DNA of 20,000 nt. Source: an uncultured Planctomycetaceae bacterium. GTDB taxonomy: Bacteria > Planctomycetota > Planctomycetia > Planctomycetales > Planctomycetaceae. A program made the translations under genes and the position numbers. The stretch covers positions 106,895 to 126,894 of the forward strand of contig CAXBME010000026.1 of NCBI GenBank assembly GCA_963976765.1. Direction: 5' to 3'. How positions within the stretch are numbered: the first letter of the stretch is position 1; every line of letters begins with the position of its first letter. The notes under the pieces were generated by a model. The model worked only from the letters and a program-made list of their open reading frames with translations. It ran no database searches and had not been told where the DNA came from. Below are positions 18,701 to 20,000 of the stretch, piece after piece.

Positions 18701-20000
18701 CAATCAACGATACGGTTGTGGAAGGAACAGAAACACTGACCGCAACAATCAGCCTGGCCGCTCAATCACTTGGCAATCGTGGAGTTACAGGAGCCGATTC
18801 CGGGACCGGCACGATCAATGACAACGACACGGCAGTATTCTCATTCGACCAGTCGACAAGTTCGGTCAATGAAGGCCCACTTCCAAATCCGAACAATGTC
18901 AATGTTGCAGTAACATTGCTGATTACCGCCAATGGAATGACCGGCACAGGAATTCTCGAAGGTAATCTGTCGGTCGACGTTAGTGACGCTGGCGGAAGCA
19001 GTGCAACTCGTGGTGCCGGTGCTGACTTCACAAGCACAACGAACCCCGTGACCTTGACCTTCTCAGCCAGCGGAACTCAAAACGCCGTATTCACAATCAA
19101 TGATGATGCGATTAAAGAGCCCAACGAAACTATAAATCTAAGTCTGACGAACCCAACGTCGCCGTCCACCGTCGATGCAGGAAATGCATCACATGTCATC
19201 ACTATTATTGACGACGACACTCCGCAAATTTCTGTAGCAGCAACGGTTGATACGGTTGAAGAGAACGGCACTCCCAATTTGGTGTATACGTTTACCCGTG
19301 CAGGCGACCAGACGGATGCGATTACGGTTAACTTTGAAGTGACGGGAACGGCAGATGCGAATACCGATTTTACTGTGAGTGGAGCTGCTTCGTTCAGCGC
19401 AGGAACCGGTCAAGGCACAATTGTTATTGGAGCTGGTCAGCCCACAGCAGTTCTAACGATCGACCCAACTGGCGACTCAGATGTCGAGCTGGACGAAACC
19501 GTTCAGGTAACAGTGCTCGCCGACACTGTTGCACCTCCGAACAACACATACAACGTTGGAGCAATGTCTTCCGACTCTGGCACGATCACGAACGACGACG
19601 TTGATCTGACGATTGCCGCTGATCAGGTGTCGCAGGATGAAGGTCAGAGTGGCAACACGGCTTACACGTTTACGGTGACTCGATCCGGCGCGACGGACGG
19701 AACGACGACGGCCAGCTACGCGGTGACCGGCACCGGCTCGAATCCTGCGACGGCTGCTGACTTTGGCGGCTCGTTCCCTTCCGGCACGGTGACGTTCACT
19801 TCGGGCGTGACGACTCAGACGATCACGATCAACGTTACCGGCGATCGAGTTGTGGAGCTGGACGAAGACTTCGTCGTCACCCTTTCCGGAGCATCTGACA
19901 CGGTGGCCGAACACGCCGTCGACATCGCCACCTCAACGGCCACCAGCACGATCACGAACGACGACGTTGATCTGACGATTGCCGCTGATCAGGTGTCGCA
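15757..20000 (+). CDS. Giant secreted adhesin/scaffold: LEPR-XLL leader, cohesin-like domain, at least 10 Calx-beta repeats; runs off the right edge (>1400 aa)
   Basis: Not in the ORF track (no stop). GAGG at 15743-15746 precedes ATG 15757: MLLNLFRTYLT...SRRTRHR...MERLEDRTLLAAQ. Frame 1 stays open to 20000. Repeated units of about 115-130 aa with V.EG, GTATGGGTDY, D.IVE..ETF.V.L, GTI.DND. Confidence 0.93.
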   Translation, partial: MLLNLFRTYLTNVYGNVVSKSRRTRHRSPQRTLTRGLHQRMERLEDRTLLAAQLVTAGPTTTLTVGAGQEITIPVTYQTFDGTAAALGSPAALQASILFNLTMHYDSSELTFVRFENAKTDNGHQGVVDDLESTVTPDADSNTDRVVQTSFFNFGSAFPVPATDAELKLFDAVFTVSAGFSASTQLNFVRQATGGVVGGGSFEFVGQGITLNPAPSVSIAGTTDGVEGSANGLFTVTQSATTGTNTVVNFSVAGTADDVTDFNIATAGNVTYDAGTNTGTITIPSGMTSATIPIVVLDGNTTVEATEAVSITLTGISSGDAVLGGGTTDSIDITDNDTATFTVDDVTVDEATGNATFTVSLNNPIDTAVSIDVSYGGGTAAGGGTDYDSATDVAMFTANSTTAQTVTVAITNDDLVELTETFTVSLAVNSGTVLGTRSVIVTDQGTGTITDNDTATFTIGDISIGEGGTTATFTVSLDKAIDTAATIDVSYGGGTATGGGTDYDSTTDQVMYSANTTGDRTVTVAINNDNIVELAETFIASLSVNGSLGARSVDVTDQATGTINDNDTATFTIEDVSVNEGDGTATFTVSLSNPIDIAASIDVNYSGTSATGGGTDFDSATDTVTFNSGTNADQTVTVAINDDDIVEATESFAATLAVNAGTVLGARSFNVTDAATGSITDNDTATFTIADATASEEDGTMTFTIALDKAIDTAITLDVTFTPDSASSADFTATTQQVTFPAGDNSSRTVMVPLTSDAIVEGDETFNVDLSVNTGMTPTGGRTINTTDGAVGTITDVDTATVSIAQTTNGAETDSSTPGRFTVTLSNPSSVDTVVSYSVAGTATAGTDYSALSGTVTISANSTSQTIDVTVLGDDIVEDDESVMVTLTGFTARDPQVTLGTASATVNITDDDSATITIGNASVTEGGDLMFTVSTDKQIDTNVLVDVAFADVSTEGAADFANSGQQITLNANTSSQTVTVSTINDTVVEGTETLTATISLAAQSLGNRGVTGADSGTGTINDNDTAVFSFDQSTSSVNEGPLPNPNNVNVAVTLLITANGMTGTGILEGNLSVDVSDAGGSSATRGAGADFTSTTNPVTLTFSASGTQNAVFTINDDAIKEPNETINLSLTNPTSPSTVDAGNASHVITIIDDDTPQISVAATVDTVEENGTPNLVYTFTRAGDQTDAITVNFEVTGTADANTDFTVSGAASFSAGTGQGTIVIGAGQPTAVLTIDPTGDSDVELDETVQVTVLADTVAPPNNTYNVGAMSSDSGTITNDDVDLTIAADQVSQDEGQSGNTAYTFTVTRSGATDGTTTASYAVTGTGSNPATAADFGGSFPSGTVTFTSGVTTQTITINVTGDRVVELDEDFVVTLSGASDTVAEHAVDIATSTATSTITNDDVDLTIAADQVS
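19580..20000 (+). repeat. Identical 55-bp repeat at 366-bp spacing inside the Calx-beta array
   Basis: 19580-19634 is identical to 19946-20000 (GCACGATCACGAACGACGACGTTGATCTGACGATTGCCGCTGATCAGGTGTCGCA). The match is cut by the window edge. Confidence 0.9.

Noticed and set aside
16308..19914. Series of short Val/Ser-rich minus-strand ORFs
   Set aside because: Antisense reading of the Thr/Asp-rich Calx-beta gene, which is open in + frame 1.

Overview
Bacterial genomic window, most likely from a planctomycete (DUF1549/DUF1553 protein, Zn-ribbon Ser/Thr kinase, two 'LE.RTLL' export leaders). The left half (1-10.3 kb) is housekeeping-like: a DUF1549/1553 protein running off the left edge, a GIY-YIG nuclease, a TrpG/PabA-type amidotransferase, an aldo/keto reductase, a membrane Ser/Thr kinase, an HpnN-like MMPL transporter and prs. 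The right half (11-20 kb) is a co-oriented surface-protein locus. It encodes a TIGR03032-family protein, then a secreted 7-bladed FG-GAP (integrin-alpha-like) protein with RTX repeats and a duplicated dockerin-like EF-hand module. A giant secreted protein follows; it is absent from the ORF track because it runs off the right edge. It has an N-terminal cohesin-like domain and at least 10 Calx-beta repeats. The best candidate for an undescribed system is a non-cellulosomal cohesin-dockerin pair that would dock an integrin-like head onto a Calx-beta stalk. All domain calls are by-eye motif recognition; no searches were run.
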